Origin: Rhodospirillales bacterium
GTDB lineage: Bacteria; Pseudomonadota; Alphaproteobacteria; UBA828
Assembly (NCBI GenBank): GCA_028820995.1
Contig: JAPPHR010000112.1
Coordinates: forward strand, 1 to 41,883
Length of the DNA: 41,883 nt
Reading direction: 5' to 3'
Of this stretch, positions 1-8,202 are shown piece after piece (position 1 is the first letter of the stretch; each line of letters starts with the position of its first letter). The notes under the pieces were generated by a model. The model saw nothing but the letters and a program-made list of their open reading frames with translations. It did no database searches and was not told where the DNA came from. Made by a program: the position numbers and the translations under genes.

Positions 1-2
1 CG

Positions 3-134
3 GCGCTTGATCGCTGGGTCGGCGTGTGGGAAAACCTCGGCCGCTCGTTCGCGGACGCGGACGGGCTCAACCTCGACCCCCGGCAGGTCCTGATCGGTGC
101 GTTCTCGGCGCTGCAGGAGGCCGCGCGGGCCTGA
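3..134 (+). CDS. holB: DNA polymerase III subunit delta' C-terminus (partial, runs off the left edge)
   Basis: Frame from position 3 reads ALDRWVGVWENLGRSFADADGLNLDPRQVLIGAFSALQEAARA*, resembling the alphaproteobacterial HolB C-terminus (W..W...GLNLD.kQ). holB-metG-tatD is conserved synteny. Confidence 0.7.
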   Translation, partial: ALDRWVGVWENLGRSFADADGLNLDPRQVLIGAFSALQEAARA

Positions 135-157
135 GCGGCAGGACCGGAGGTCAGTGC

Positions 158-1717
158 ATGGCGCCCCGAGCGGCCTACTACCTGAGCACACCGATCTACT
201 ACGTGAACGATTCGCCCCATATCGGGCACGCCTACACGTCGCTCGCCTGCGACGTGCTGGCCCGTTTCATGCGGCTCGACGGGCGCGACGTGCTGTTCCT
301 CACCGGCACCGACGAGCACGGCCAGAAGGTCGAGAAATCCGCAATCGCCGCCGGCATGGAGACGCAGGAATTCGTCGACCAGGTCTCGGAGCGGTTTCGC
401 GCCCTCGGCGAGGTGATGGGGTACAGCAACGACGACTTCATCCGCACCACCGAGGACCGTCACACCCGCTCGTGCCAGGAGCTGTGGCGCCGGATCGTGG
501 CCAACGGCCACATCTACCTCGGCAAGTACGCCGGCTGGTACTCGGTGCGGGACGAGGCCTTCTGCACCGAAGCGGAGGTTACGGACGGCCCCGGCGGCGG
601 CAAGGTGACGGTGACGGACGGCTCGCCGGTGGAATGGGTGGAGGAGCCCAGCTACTTCTTCCGCCTCTCCGCCTGGCAGGAGCCGCTGCTGGAGTTCTAC
701 GAGAAGAACCCGCAGGCGGTGGCGCCCGAGAGCCGGCGCAACGAGGTCGTCAGCTTCGTTTCCGGCGGGTTGAACGACCTCTCCGTCTCGCGTGCGAGCC
801 TGAAATGGGGCATTCCCGTGCCGGGCGATCCCGGCCACACGATGTACGTGTGGCTGGACGCGCTCACCAACTACATCAGCGCCGCCGGGTTCCCCGACAC
901 CGAATGCGACCTGTACCGGACGTACTGGCCCTGCGACCTCCACATGGTGGGCAAGGACATTCTGCGCTTTCACGCGGTCTACTGGCCGGCCTTCCTGATG
1001 GCGGCGGGCGTCAAGCCGCCCACACGCGTCTTCGCCCACGGCTGGTGGACGAACGAAGGCGAGAAAATGTCCAAGTCGCTGGGCAACGTGATCGATCCGC
1101 ACGACATCGTCGAGCGCTACGGGCTGGACGCGGTGCGCTACTTCCTGCTGCGGGCGCTGCCCTTCGGCAGCGACGGCGACTTCTCGCACCGGGCCATCGT
1201 CGGGCGCATGAACGACGACCTGGCGAACGACTACGGCAATCTGGCGCAGCGGGTGCTGACCATGGTCAACCGCAACTGCGCCGCCGCCGTGCCGGAGCCT
1301 GGCGCCTTCACGCCCGCAGACGACGCGCTGCTGGGCGCGGCCGAGGCGCTGGTGGAGACGGTGCGGGCCGATCTCGGCGAGCAGTCGTTTCACCGGGCGC
1401 TCATCCATATCTGGGAGGTCGTTGGCCAGGCTAACCGCTACGTCGACGAGCAGGCCCCCTGGGTGCTGCGCAAGGAGGACCCGGCGCGCATGGCGACGGT
1501 GCTCTACGTGGTGATCGAGACGCTGCGTCATCTGGCGGTGCTCACCCAGGCCTACATGCCGGCCGCGAGCGGGCGGATGCTCGATCAGCTGGGCGTGGCG
1601 GAGGACGCGCGCACGCTGGCGGCGCTCGGCCCAGACGGGCGCCTCGCGCCCGGTACGCCGCTGCCGAAGCCGGAGCCGATTTTCCCGCGTTTCGTGGAGG
1701 ATAGCGCAGCTTCCTGA
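158..1717 (+). CDS. metG: Methionine--tRNA ligase (short form)
   Basis: TPIYYVND.PHIGH, GTDEHGQK, YVWLDAL, GKDILRFH and KMSKS motifs. Start moved to ATG 158, with SD GGAGG at 146-150. Confidence 0.97.
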   Translation: MAPRAAYYLSTPIYYVNDSPHIGHAYTSLACDVLARFMRLDGRDVLFLTGTDEHGQKVEKSAIAAGMETQEFVDQVSERFRALGEVMGYSNDDFIRTTEDRHTRSCQELWRRIVANGHIYLGKYAGWYSVRDEAFCTEAEVTDGPGGGKVTVTDGSPVEWVEEPSYFFRLSAWQEPLLEFYEKNPQAVAPESRRNEVVSFVSGGLNDLSVSRASLKWGIPVPGDPGHTMYVWLDALTNYISAAGFPDTECDLYRTYWPCDLHMVGKDILRFHAVYWPAFLMAAGVKPPTRVFAHGWWTNEGEKMSKSLGNVIDPHDIVERYGLDAVRYFLLRALPFGSDGDFSHRAIVGRMNDDLANDYGNLAQRVLTMVNRNCAAAVPEPGAFTPADDALLGAAEALVETVRADLGEQSFHRALIHIWEVVGQANRYVDEQAPWVLRKEDPARMATVLYVVIETLRHLAVLTQAYMPAASGRMLDQLGVAEDARTLAALGPDGRLAPGTPLPKPEPIFPRFVEDSAAS

Positions 1718-1737
1718 GACCAATTGCGAGCGCACGA

Positions 1738-2532
1738 ATGCTGGTCGACAGCCACTGCCATCTCGACTTTCCGGACTTCGACGACGACCTCGACGGCGTT
1801 CTCGTGCGGGCGGCCGACGCCGGGGTCGGCACCCTGCAGACGATCTGCACGCGCGTGACGCAATTCGACGCGGTGCGTGGCCTGGCGGAGGACCACGAGA
1901 GGATCTGGTGCTCGGTCGGCATCCATCCGCACCACGTCGCCGAGGAGCCGGAGACCACCGCCGATCACCTCGTCCGCATGGCGGAGCATCCCAAGGTCAT
2001 CGGAATCGGCGAAACCGGGCTGGATTTCCATTACGACAACAGCCCGAGGCCGCAGCAGGAAGCGAGCTTACGCCAACACATCGCCGCTGCCAGGCAGACC
2101 GGGCTGCCGCTCATCGTCCACACGCGCTCGGCCGACGAGGACACCTGCCGCATCCTGCGCGAGGAAGCGGGGAAGGGGGCCTTCCCCGGCGTCATCCACT
2201 GCTTCAGCGCGGGCCGCATGGTCGCGGAGACGGCGCTCGACATAGGGTTTCATGTTTCGTTCTCGGGCATCCTCACCTTCAAGAAGGCCGAGGAGGTGCG
2301 CGCCGTCGCCCGCGACGTGCCCCTGGAGAGGCTGCTGGTGGAGACCGATGCGCCCTATCTCGCGCCGGTGCCCCACCGCGGCCGCCGCAACGAGCCCGCG
2401 CACGTGGTCCATACCGCCGCGCGGCTCGCCCAGATCAAGGGGCTGGATGAGGCCGAATTGGCCCGTGCGACGACCGATAATTTCTTCAGACTGTTTTCCA
2501 AATCGACGCCGCAACCTCTCGCAATAAAATGA
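1738..2532 (+). CDS. tatD: TatD family deoxyribonuclease
   Basis: DSHCHLD, GIHPH, IGETGLD, IVHTR, HCFS and ETDAPYLAP motifs. Confidence 0.95.
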   Translation: MLVDSHCHLDFPDFDDDLDGVLVRAADAGVGTLQTICTRVTQFDAVRGLAEDHERIWCSVGIHPHHVAEEPETTADHLVRMAEHPKVIGIGETGLDFHYDNSPRPQQEASLRQHIAAARQTGLPLIVHTRSADEDTCRILREEAGKGAFPGVIHCFSAGRMVAETALDIGFHVSFSGILTFKKAEEVRAVARDVPLERLLVETDAPYLAPVPHRGRRNEPAHVVHTAARLAQIKGLDEAELARATTDNFFRLFSKSTPQPLAIK

Positions 2533-3299
2533 AAATAACCGTCCTCGGTTGTGGCACGTCGAGCGGGGTCCCGGTAATCGGCTGCGACTGCGCGGTGTGC
2601 CGCTCGAGCGATCCTCGCAACCGCCGGCGCCGGGTCTCGGTGCTGGTCGAATCGGGCGACACGCGGCTCCTGATCGACACGCCGCCGGACCTGCACGCGC
2701 AACTGGTCGATGCCGATGTCGCGCACGTCGATGCCGTGCTCTACACCCACGGCCATGCCGACCACGTGCACGGAATTGACGACCTGCGCTCAATCAATTT
2801 CCGCATGGGGCGGGCGCTCGATACCTACGGCTCGGCCAAGACGCTGGCGGCCATCAAGGGACGGTTTGCCTACGCGTTCGAGCCCATGGGCACGCGCGGA
2901 TGGGCCAAGCCCAGCCTCAATCCGGTGGAAATCGACGGCCCGTTCGCCGCCGGCGGCTTGGAAGTGACGCCGTTCCCGCAGGAGCACGGGCGCAGCGTCA
3001 CCACGGGCTACCGGATCGGCGCCATGGCGTATTCGACCGACGTGAAGGTGCTGCCGGAGGAGGCCTTCGCCGCTTTAGACGGCGTCAAGCTCTGGGTCGT
3101 CGATTGCCTGGGCTACCGCGAGCATCCCACGCACGCGCATCTCGACATTACGCTTGAATGGATCGCACGGGTGAGGCCGCAGCTCGCCGTGCTGACGCAC
3201 ATGTCGCACCAGTTCGACTACGAGACGCTGCTGGCCGCGTTGCCGGAAGGCGTGGTACCAGGCCACGACGGGCTTACGATCGAGACGGAGCGGCTGTGA
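2529..3299 (+). CDS. MBL-fold metallo-hydrolase (PhnP-like)
   Basis: LGCGTSSGVP.IGC.C.VC and THGHADHVHG motifs. ATGA-type overlap with tatD. Confidence 0.93.
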   Translation: MKITVLGCGTSSGVPVIGCDCAVCRSSDPRNRRRRVSVLVESGDTRLLIDTPPDLHAQLVDADVAHVDAVLYTHGHADHVHGIDDLRSINFRMGRALDTYGSAKTLAAIKGRFAYAFEPMGTRGWAKPSLNPVEIDGPFAAGGLEVTPFPQEHGRSVTTGYRIGAMAYSTDVKVLPEEAFAALDGVKLWVVDCLGYREHPTHAHLDITLEWIARVRPQLAVLTHMSHQFDYETLLAALPEGVVPGHDGLTIETERL

Positions 3300-3348
3300 T
3301 GCGTGCCGCAAGCCACTGGAACCAGGTATCGAATGCGAACCGTCTAAA

Positions 3349-3376
3349 ATTTACCATAATATATCTTATGCGAATT
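3349..3376 (-). other. dif: dif site (XerC/XerD chromosome dimer resolution site)
   Basis: Minus strand reads AATTCGCATAA-GATATA-TTATGGTAAAT versus E. coli dif GGTGCGCATAA-TGTATA-TTATGTTAAAT. It has the 11-6-11 layout, the XerD arm matches 10/11, and it is an AT-rich intergenic island in high-GC DNA. Confidence 0.9.
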
Positions 3377-3492
3377 AACTCTCAGGCCGGGCGGGCGCGC
3401 CGGGCTGCCCGCGCTGTGCTGTCGGCGGCGCTCCCCGGCAACGAGCGCAGTCGTCCCTTTCTTCGTCCGGTCGCGGCGACGGCGCCCGGACG

Positions 3493-4428
3493 ATGAGCGA
3501 TACGCCACCGCCGCAGCACCGCCCGGACGACGACAACACGCCCGACGCGCGGGCCGCCGGTATCGATCGACTGCTCGACGTGATGGCCCGGCTGCGCCAC
3601 CCGGACGGCGGCTGCCCGTGGGATCTCCAACAGAGCTTCGAGACCATAGCGCCCTACACCATCGAGGAAGCCTACGAGGTAGCCGAGGCGATCCGGCAGG
3701 ACGACCGCGAGGCGCTCCGCGACGAGCTCGGCGACCTGCTGCTGCAAGTGGTCTTCCACGCGCAGATGGGGCGCGAAGACGGCAGCTTCGATTTCGATGC
3801 GGTCGCGCGCGGCATCGCGGACAAGATGATCCGCCGCCACCCAAACGTCTTCGGCGACGACGAGTCGGACGCGCGGCACTCGGCGCCGGCGCAGATGCGG
3901 TCCTGGGAAGCCCAGAAGGCTGCCGAGCGCGAGGCCAGGGCGCAAGCCGAAGGGCGCCGGCCCAGCGTGCTGGATGGCGTGGCGCTGGCCCTCCCTGCCC
4001 TGCTCCGCGCGGAGAAGCTGCAGAAGCGCGCGGCGCGCGTGGGCTTCGACTGGCCGAATCGGGCGCCGGTCTTCGACAAGGTGCTGGAAGAGGTGGCCGA
4101 GGTGCGCGAGGCCGCGGCGGCAGCGGATGCGCAGGATCCGCCTGACCCGGCCGTCACGGCCGAGGTCGGCGACCTGCTGTTCGCCTGCGTCAATCTGGCG
4201 CGCCATCTTGGCGTCGAGCCCGAGGCCGCGCTCCGTGCCGCCAACGCCAAGTTCACGGCCCGCTTCCGCCATGTGGAAGCGGCACTGGGCAATTCGGGAC
4301 GCGACGCGGCAGACGTCGGCCTCGCCGAGCTCGACCGGCTGTGGGAGGAAGCGAAGCGGGCTGAGCACCGGCCAAGGGCGGTCGCGGCGTCAGCCGATCC
4401 GACTCCGGGCGAAACGGGAAAGAACTAA
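3493..4428 (+). CDS. mazG: Nucleoside triphosphate pyrophosphohydrolase MazG
   Basis: GCPWD..Q, EEAYEV, ELGDLLLQVVFH, KMIRRHP, GFDW and EVGDLLF motifs (tandem MazG domains). Confidence 0.95.
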   Translation: MSDTPPPQHRPDDDNTPDARAAGIDRLLDVMARLRHPDGGCPWDLQQSFETIAPYTIEEAYEVAEAIRQDDREALRDELGDLLLQVVFHAQMGREDGSFDFDAVARGIADKMIRRHPNVFGDDESDARHSAPAQMRSWEAQKAAEREARAQAEGRRPSVLDGVALALPALLRAEKLQKRAARVGFDWPNRAPVFDKVLEEVAEVREAAAAADAQDPPDPAVTAEVGDLLFACVNLARHLGVEPEAALRAANAKFTARFRHVEAALGNSGRDAADVGLAELDRLWEEAKRAEHRPRAVAASADPTPGETGKN

Positions 4429-4445
4429 CCCAGCCGCTAGAGAGC

Positions 4446-4464
4446 GAGGGGCGCTACGCCCCTC
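4446..4464 (+). terminator. GC-rich hairpin after mazG (possible weak terminator)
   Basis: GAGGGGCG-CTA-CGCCCCTC, an 8-bp stem with no U-tract. Confidence 0.3.
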
Positions 4465-4472
4465 CCCGACTC

Positions 4473-4518
4473 ACCGGACCATGGTGCGGTGCATGGCATG
4501 GCGCGCGTGCGTCAGGAT
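4473..4518 (+). promoter_or_regulatory. 18-bp palindromic site plus -10-like hexamer upstream of the DUF3486 gene
   Basis: ACCGGACCATGGTGCGGT (4473-4490), a 22-nt spacer, then CAGGAT (4513-4518). Same geometry as 31766-31721. Confidence 0.6.
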
Positions 4519-4559
4519 CGCGGCATGGAGGGCGAGAGCGGGCGCGTGCGGCAGGCGGG

Positions 4560-5597
4560 TTGGGCGGGCGGTCGTCGGTGGAGAAGCTGCCGGCCGATTT
4601 CCGCGATGCCGTCGACGCCGCGATCGAAGACGGCACCACCATCGACGATATCGTCGCCTGCATCCGTGAGATGGGCGGCGACTGTTCGCGCTCCGCCGTC
4701 GGCCGCCACGTCAAGAAGGAGCGCGACCTGATCAGCGAACGGCGCGCGTTCGGCCGCTTCGTCGAGGAATGGACGCATGTGCTCGGCCCCCGTGCCGAGG
4801 GCCGCGCCGGCCTCGTCGCGATCGAGACCCTGCGAATGCTGACCCTGCGCACCATGGCCGAGCTGAGCCAGCGCAAGGAGCCGGCGTCGCTCGAGGAGCT
4901 GTCCCGCCTCTCGCTTGTGCTGGTCCGGATCGAGCAGGCCGACAAGCTCCGCCTCGAACGCGAGCGGGCTGCGGCCGAGGCCAGTGCGGAGGCGGACGCC
5001 GCCGCACGCGCTGCCGCCATGACCCATGAAGAGAGGGTCGCGGCTATCCGCCAGTCCATCCAGGAGGAGTTCTTCCCCAATTTCTCAGCCTCGCCGCCGG
5101 AGGAATTCGAGACGGCGGCCGCCGCTCCCGAGGGCGCGCCCATCAACCCGCCGGACGACAACTCCGGTTCGCTTGCCGACGGCGGAGCCTGCGTCTGGGA
5201 GGACGCGAGCAGAGCGCACGACGTGCGGGACTCGCGCGGAGCGGACGCGATAGCGGCGGGGGGCAACTGGCGGCGCCAGCCGCAATCGGGCCGCACGATC
5301 CTGCGTTCTGCCCCTGGGCGTGGCGGGGACCGGGCTGAGGCCGGGGGGTCCCCTCATGACACGGCCGCGCATGTTGGCGCGGCGCCAATTCCAGCCCGCG
5401 ATTCTCACCACAGGCGAAGTCTGCCCGACGCTTACCGGCAGCAACGACGACGAAGAGATTGTCCTCCCCATCCACGCGATTCACCGGACCATGGTGCGGG
5501 GCGCGCTGCGCTCCACCGGTACTCTCCTCACGTTCGACGCTGGAGACTGCCGCCGCCCGGCCCGCGGAACCACGCTCAGCCCACTTGTCCCACTTAA
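4560..5597 (+). CDS. DUF3486 / Mu gp27-like protein (putative small terminase-like), orphan, with a low-complexity C-terminal tail
   Basis: N-terminus GRSSVEKLP...TIDDIV..IREMGGDCSRSAVGRH matches the gp27/DUF3486 pattern (GRxSxI/VxxLP...SRSAxGRY). The TTG start is uncertain, and only about the first 170 aa look structured. Confidence 0.75.
   Translation: MGGRSSVEKLPADFRDAVDAAIEDGTTIDDIVACIREMGGDCSRSAVGRHVKKERDLISERRAFGRFVEEWTHVLGPRAEGRAGLVAIETLRMLTLRTMAELSQRKEPASLEELSRLSLVLVRIEQADKLRLERERAAAEASAEADAAARAAAMTHEERVAAIRQSIQEEFFPNFSASPPEEFETAAAAPEGAPINPPDDNSGSLADGGACVWEDASRAHDVRDSRGADAIAAGGNWRRQPQSGRTILRSAPGRGGDRAEAGGSPHDTAAHVGAAPIPARDSHHRRSLPDAYRQQRRRRDCPPHPRDSPDHGAGRAALHRYSPHVRRWRLPPPGPRNHAQPTCPT
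5481..5499 (+). repeat. Exact 19-bp direct repeat of 4471-4489 (copy of the palindromic motif)
   Basis: TCACCGGACCATGGTGCGG occurs at both 4471-4489 and 5481-5499, 1010 bp apart. Confidence 0.9.
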
Positions 5598-5709
5598 TCC
5601 CGCAAATCCCGGGTTAAACAGGGGTGTGCTGGAGGCGCGCGTCCCGAGGAACATGCCGGTTGGGCGCCTATGGCGCGACGCAGACCGTGCCAGCCGTGGA
5701 TATCCTTTG

Positions 5710-5740
5710 AAACAAAGAAGGGGGCCACGCGGCCCCCTTC
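5710..5740 (-). terminator. Rho-independent terminator of groESL
   Basis: GAAGGGGGCC-ACGC-GGCCCCCTTC (10-bp stem), followed on the minus strand by TTTGTTT, 25 nt after the groL stop. Confidence 0.85.
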
Positions 5741-5765
5741 CCGTAACGGTGCGTATGGCGGGCGG

Positions 5766-7466
5766 TTACATGCCCATGCCACCCATTCCGCCCATACCAC
5801 CCATTCCTCCCATGCCGCCCATACCACCCATTCCTCCCATGCCGTGTCCGTGCATGTCGCCGCCGGGAGGCATCGGGGGCGCCTTCTCGGGGATCTCGAC
5901 GATGCCGGCCTCGGTCACGATCAGCAGGCCGGCGATGGAAGCAGCGTCCTGAAGCGCCGTGCGCACGACCTTCGCCGGATCGATGATGCCGGCTTCGATC
6001 ATGTCGCAATAGCGGTTCTCCTGGGCGTCGTAGCCCTGGCTCACCTTCCGTTGATCGAGGAGTTTGCCGACCACGAGCGAACCGTCGGCACCGGAATTCT
6101 CCGCGATATGGCGGGTGGGCGTGCGAATCGCCCTCCGTACGATGGCGATCCCGCGATCCTGGTCGGAATTGGCGCCCTCAAGCTTGTCGAGCTTGCGCGA
6201 CGCCGAAAGCAATGCCACGCCGCCGCCGGGGACGACCCCCTCCTCCACCGCCGCACGCGTGGCGCGCATGGCGTCGTCCACGAGCTCCTTCCTCTCCTTG
6301 ACCTCGATCTCGGTATCGCCGCCGACCCTGAGCACGGCGACCCCGCCGACCAGCTTGGCGAGCCGTTCCTCGAAGCGCTCCTGGTCGTATTCGGAGTCGG
6401 TGGTCTCGATCTCGAAGCGGAGCTGCTGGCAGCGTTCGTCGATGGCCTTCTTGGTGCCGCCGCCGCCGATGATCACGGTTTCGTCCTTGCTCATCTCGAC
6501 GCGCTTGGCCGTACCCAGCATGTCGAGCGTGACGTTCTCCAGCTTGACGCCGAGCTCGCTGTTGATCACCGAGCCGCCGGTGAGCACCGCAATGTCCTGA
6601 AGCATGGCCTTGCGGCGATCGCCGAAGGCCGGCGCCTTGGCCGCCGCAGCCTTGAGGCCGCCGCGCAGCCGGTTGACCACCAGCGTCGCCAGCGCCTCGC
6701 CGTCGACGTCCTCGGCGACGATGACCAGCGGCTTGCCACTCTGTCCGACCCTCTCCAGCACCGGCAGCAGGCTCTGCATGCTCGTGAGCTTCTCCTGATG
6801 CAGCAGGATGTAGACGTCGTCGAGCTCCACCGTCATGCGCTCGGCATTGGTCACGAAATAGGGCGAGACATAGCCCTTGTCGAAATTCATGCCCTCGACG
6901 ACGTCGAGCTCGGTCTCGATGCCGGCCGCTTCCTCGATGGTGATGACGCCGCGCTCGCCCACCTCTTCCATGGCGCGCGAGATCATGTCGCCCACCTGGG
7001 GATCGTTGTTGGCGGCGACAGTTGCCACTTGCAGGATTTCCTCGCGGGTCTTCACCCGCTTGGAACGCTTGCCGATGTCTTCGACGACATTCGCAACGGC
7101 GAGATCGATGCCGCGCCGCACGTCCATCGGGTTCATGCCCGCAGCGACCGCCTTGGAGCCCTCCTGAATCAACGCGCGGGCGAGGATGGTCGCGGTGGTG
7201 GTCCCATCGCCGGCGGTCTTCTCGGTGTGGGTGGCGGCCTCGCGGACGAGCCGGGCACCGATATCCTGCATGCGGTCCTCGAGCTCGATCTCCTTGGCGA
7301 CTGTTACGCCGTCCTTGGTGATGCGCCCGTCGCCGCCCGCCGTCTGATAGACCACGGTGCGGCCCTTGGGGCCGAGCGTGACCGATACGGCGTCGGTGAG
7401 GATGTCGACACCTTCGAGAAGGCGCTCGCGGGCCTCCTCGGCTTGATGGATTTGCTTCTTGGCCAT
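5766..7466 (-). CDS. groL: Chaperonin GroEL (divergent paralog)
   Basis: [38 protein letters not shown] and GVVPGGG motifs, with a GGM tail. Confidence 0.97.
   Translation of the reverse strand: MAKKQIHQAEEARERLLEGVDILTDAVSVTLGPKGRTVVYQTAGGDGRITKDGVTVAKEIELEDRMQDIGARLVREAATHTEKTAGDGTTTATILARALIQEGSKAVAAGMNPMDVRRGIDLAVANVVEDIGKRSKRVKTREEILQVATVAANNDPQVGDMISRAMEEVGERGVITIEEAAGIETELDVVEGMNFDKGYVSPYFVTNAERMTVELDDVYILLHQEKLTSMQSLLPVLERVGQSGKPLVIVAEDVDGEALATLVVNRLRGGLKAAAAKAPAFGDRRKAMLQDIAVLTGGSVINSELGVKLENVTLDMLGTAKRVEMSKDETVIIGGGGTKKAIDERCQQLRFEIETTDSEYDQERFEERLAKLVGGVAVLRVGGDTEIEVKERKELVDDAMRATRAAVEEGVVPGGGVALLSASRKLDKLEGANSDQDRGIAIVRRAIRTPTRHIAENSGADGSLVVGKLLDQRKVSQGYDAQENRYCDMIEAGIIDPAKVVRTALQDAASIAGLLIVTEAGIVEIPEKAPPMPPGGDMHGHGMGGMGGMGGMGGMGGMGGMGGMGM
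5769..5843 (-). repeat. Coding 9-bp tandem repeat (GGM tail of GroEL)
   Basis: (GGN GGN ATG)n encoding [25 protein letters not shown]. Confidence 0.9.
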
Positions 7467-7514
7467 CGCCCAACGCTCCAGATTAAATCTATGCCTACGC
7501 CAGCGTGTGCCGAG

Positions 7515-7802
7515 CTACTCGATCACGCCCATGATGTCGGACTCCTTCATGATCAACAGCTCCTCGCCGTCGACCTTGACCTCGGTGCCCGACCACTTGC
7601 CGAACAGAATGCGGTCGCCCGCCTTGACGTCGAGGGGAGTAAGCTTGCCGTCCTCCCCGCGCCCGCCCGGGCCAGCGGCGACGACCTCGCCTTCCTGCGG
7701 TTTCTCCTGGGCGGTGTCGGGAATGATGATGCCGCCTGCCGTCTTCTGGTCCTGCTCAATCCGCCGCACCAGCACGCGGTCGTGCAAAGGCCTGATGTTC
7801 AT
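7515..7802 (-). CDS. groS: Co-chaperonin GroES
   Basis: [14 protein letters not shown]...[18 protein letters not shown]. Start ATG 7802 with SD GGAGGG. Confidence 0.97.
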   Translation of the reverse strand: MNIRPLHDRVLVRRIEQDQKTAGGIIIPDTAQEKPQEGEVVAAGPGGRGEDGKLTPLDVKAGDRILFGKWSGTEVKVDGEELLIMKESDIMGVIE

Positions 7803-7858
7803 GCCGCCCTCCAGAAACTTGTACGCGTCCAACACGTCGACGCCGCATAGCGCTGTTG

Positions 7859-7885
7859 TTAGCGCTCTCTTGCGGCGAGTGCCAA
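7859..7885. promoter_or_regulatory. CIRCE element (HrcA operator)
   Basis: TTAGCGCTC-N9-GAGTGCCAA versus consensus TTAGCACTC-N9-GAGTGCTAA, one mismatch per arm, upstream of groES. Confidence 0.92.
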
Positions 7886-7886
7886 C

Positions 7887-7915
7887 TTAATAGGGAGGCG
7901 TCGCGGCCATGTCAA
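7887..7915 (-). promoter_or_regulatory. groESL promoter (sigma70/sigma32-type)
   Basis: Minus strand TTGACA-N17-TATTAA directly upstream of CIRCE. The -10 region CCCTAT also resembles the RpoH -10. Confidence 0.75.
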
Positions 7916-8202
7916 CCACGAGACGGGCAGGCAGGTCGGCCCAAGCACTCGGCCTCAGTTCCCCGAATGTTCCTCGTTCATTCCAGGATGAAATTGGCCA
8001 CCAGCCACGGGCGTCAAGGGCCGATGGATGCACGAGACTCCGGCGTGCGTCCTGCCCCGGCTGGCTCCCCATCCTATCTCTAGTTGACGCTTTATGGAGA
8101 GAAAGAATGGAGCGTATTCAATGGCTTACGATCTATTAGTGCGATTATACATTGTGTAAAATTCGCGTGAGAATCGGCGATGGCGACGACCGCAGGTATC
8201 GG

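Noticed and set aside
26-157. N-terminal extension of MetG in the ORF track
   Set aside because: It overlaps the holB 3' end, and the SD plus homology point to ATG 158.
1258-1267. GACCATGGTC palindrome resembling the core of the shared motif
   Set aside because: It is inside metG coding sequence and lacks the CCG/CGG outer arms, so it is likely chance.
4430-5760. Intact Mu-like prophage
   Set aside because: Only one phage-type gene is present, with no transposase, large terminase, portal or structural genes.
5769-5843. Tandem repeat as a CRISPR array or contingency locus
   Set aside because: It is the ordinary coding GGM tail of GroEL. No spacer-separated repeats or cas genes were seen anywhere in the window.
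5320-5952. 210-aa + strand ORF overlapping the DUF3486 tail and groEL end
   Set aside because: It crosses the groEL terminator, its PPIPPM repeats are just the antisense of the GGM tail, and no family is recognised.
5670-7850. 726-aa + strand ORF, and similar long ORFs (8152-10593, 23356-25332, 32852-35083, 37024-38643 and others)
   Set aside because: Antisense shadows of well-supported genes, expected in high-GC DNA, with no recognisable motifs.
8135-8162. Second dif-like sequence (TTGTGTAAAAT arm) suggesting an Xer-integrated element
   Set aside because: Only a XerD-like half matches (9/11). The XerC arm lacks GCATAA, so no IMEX can be supported.
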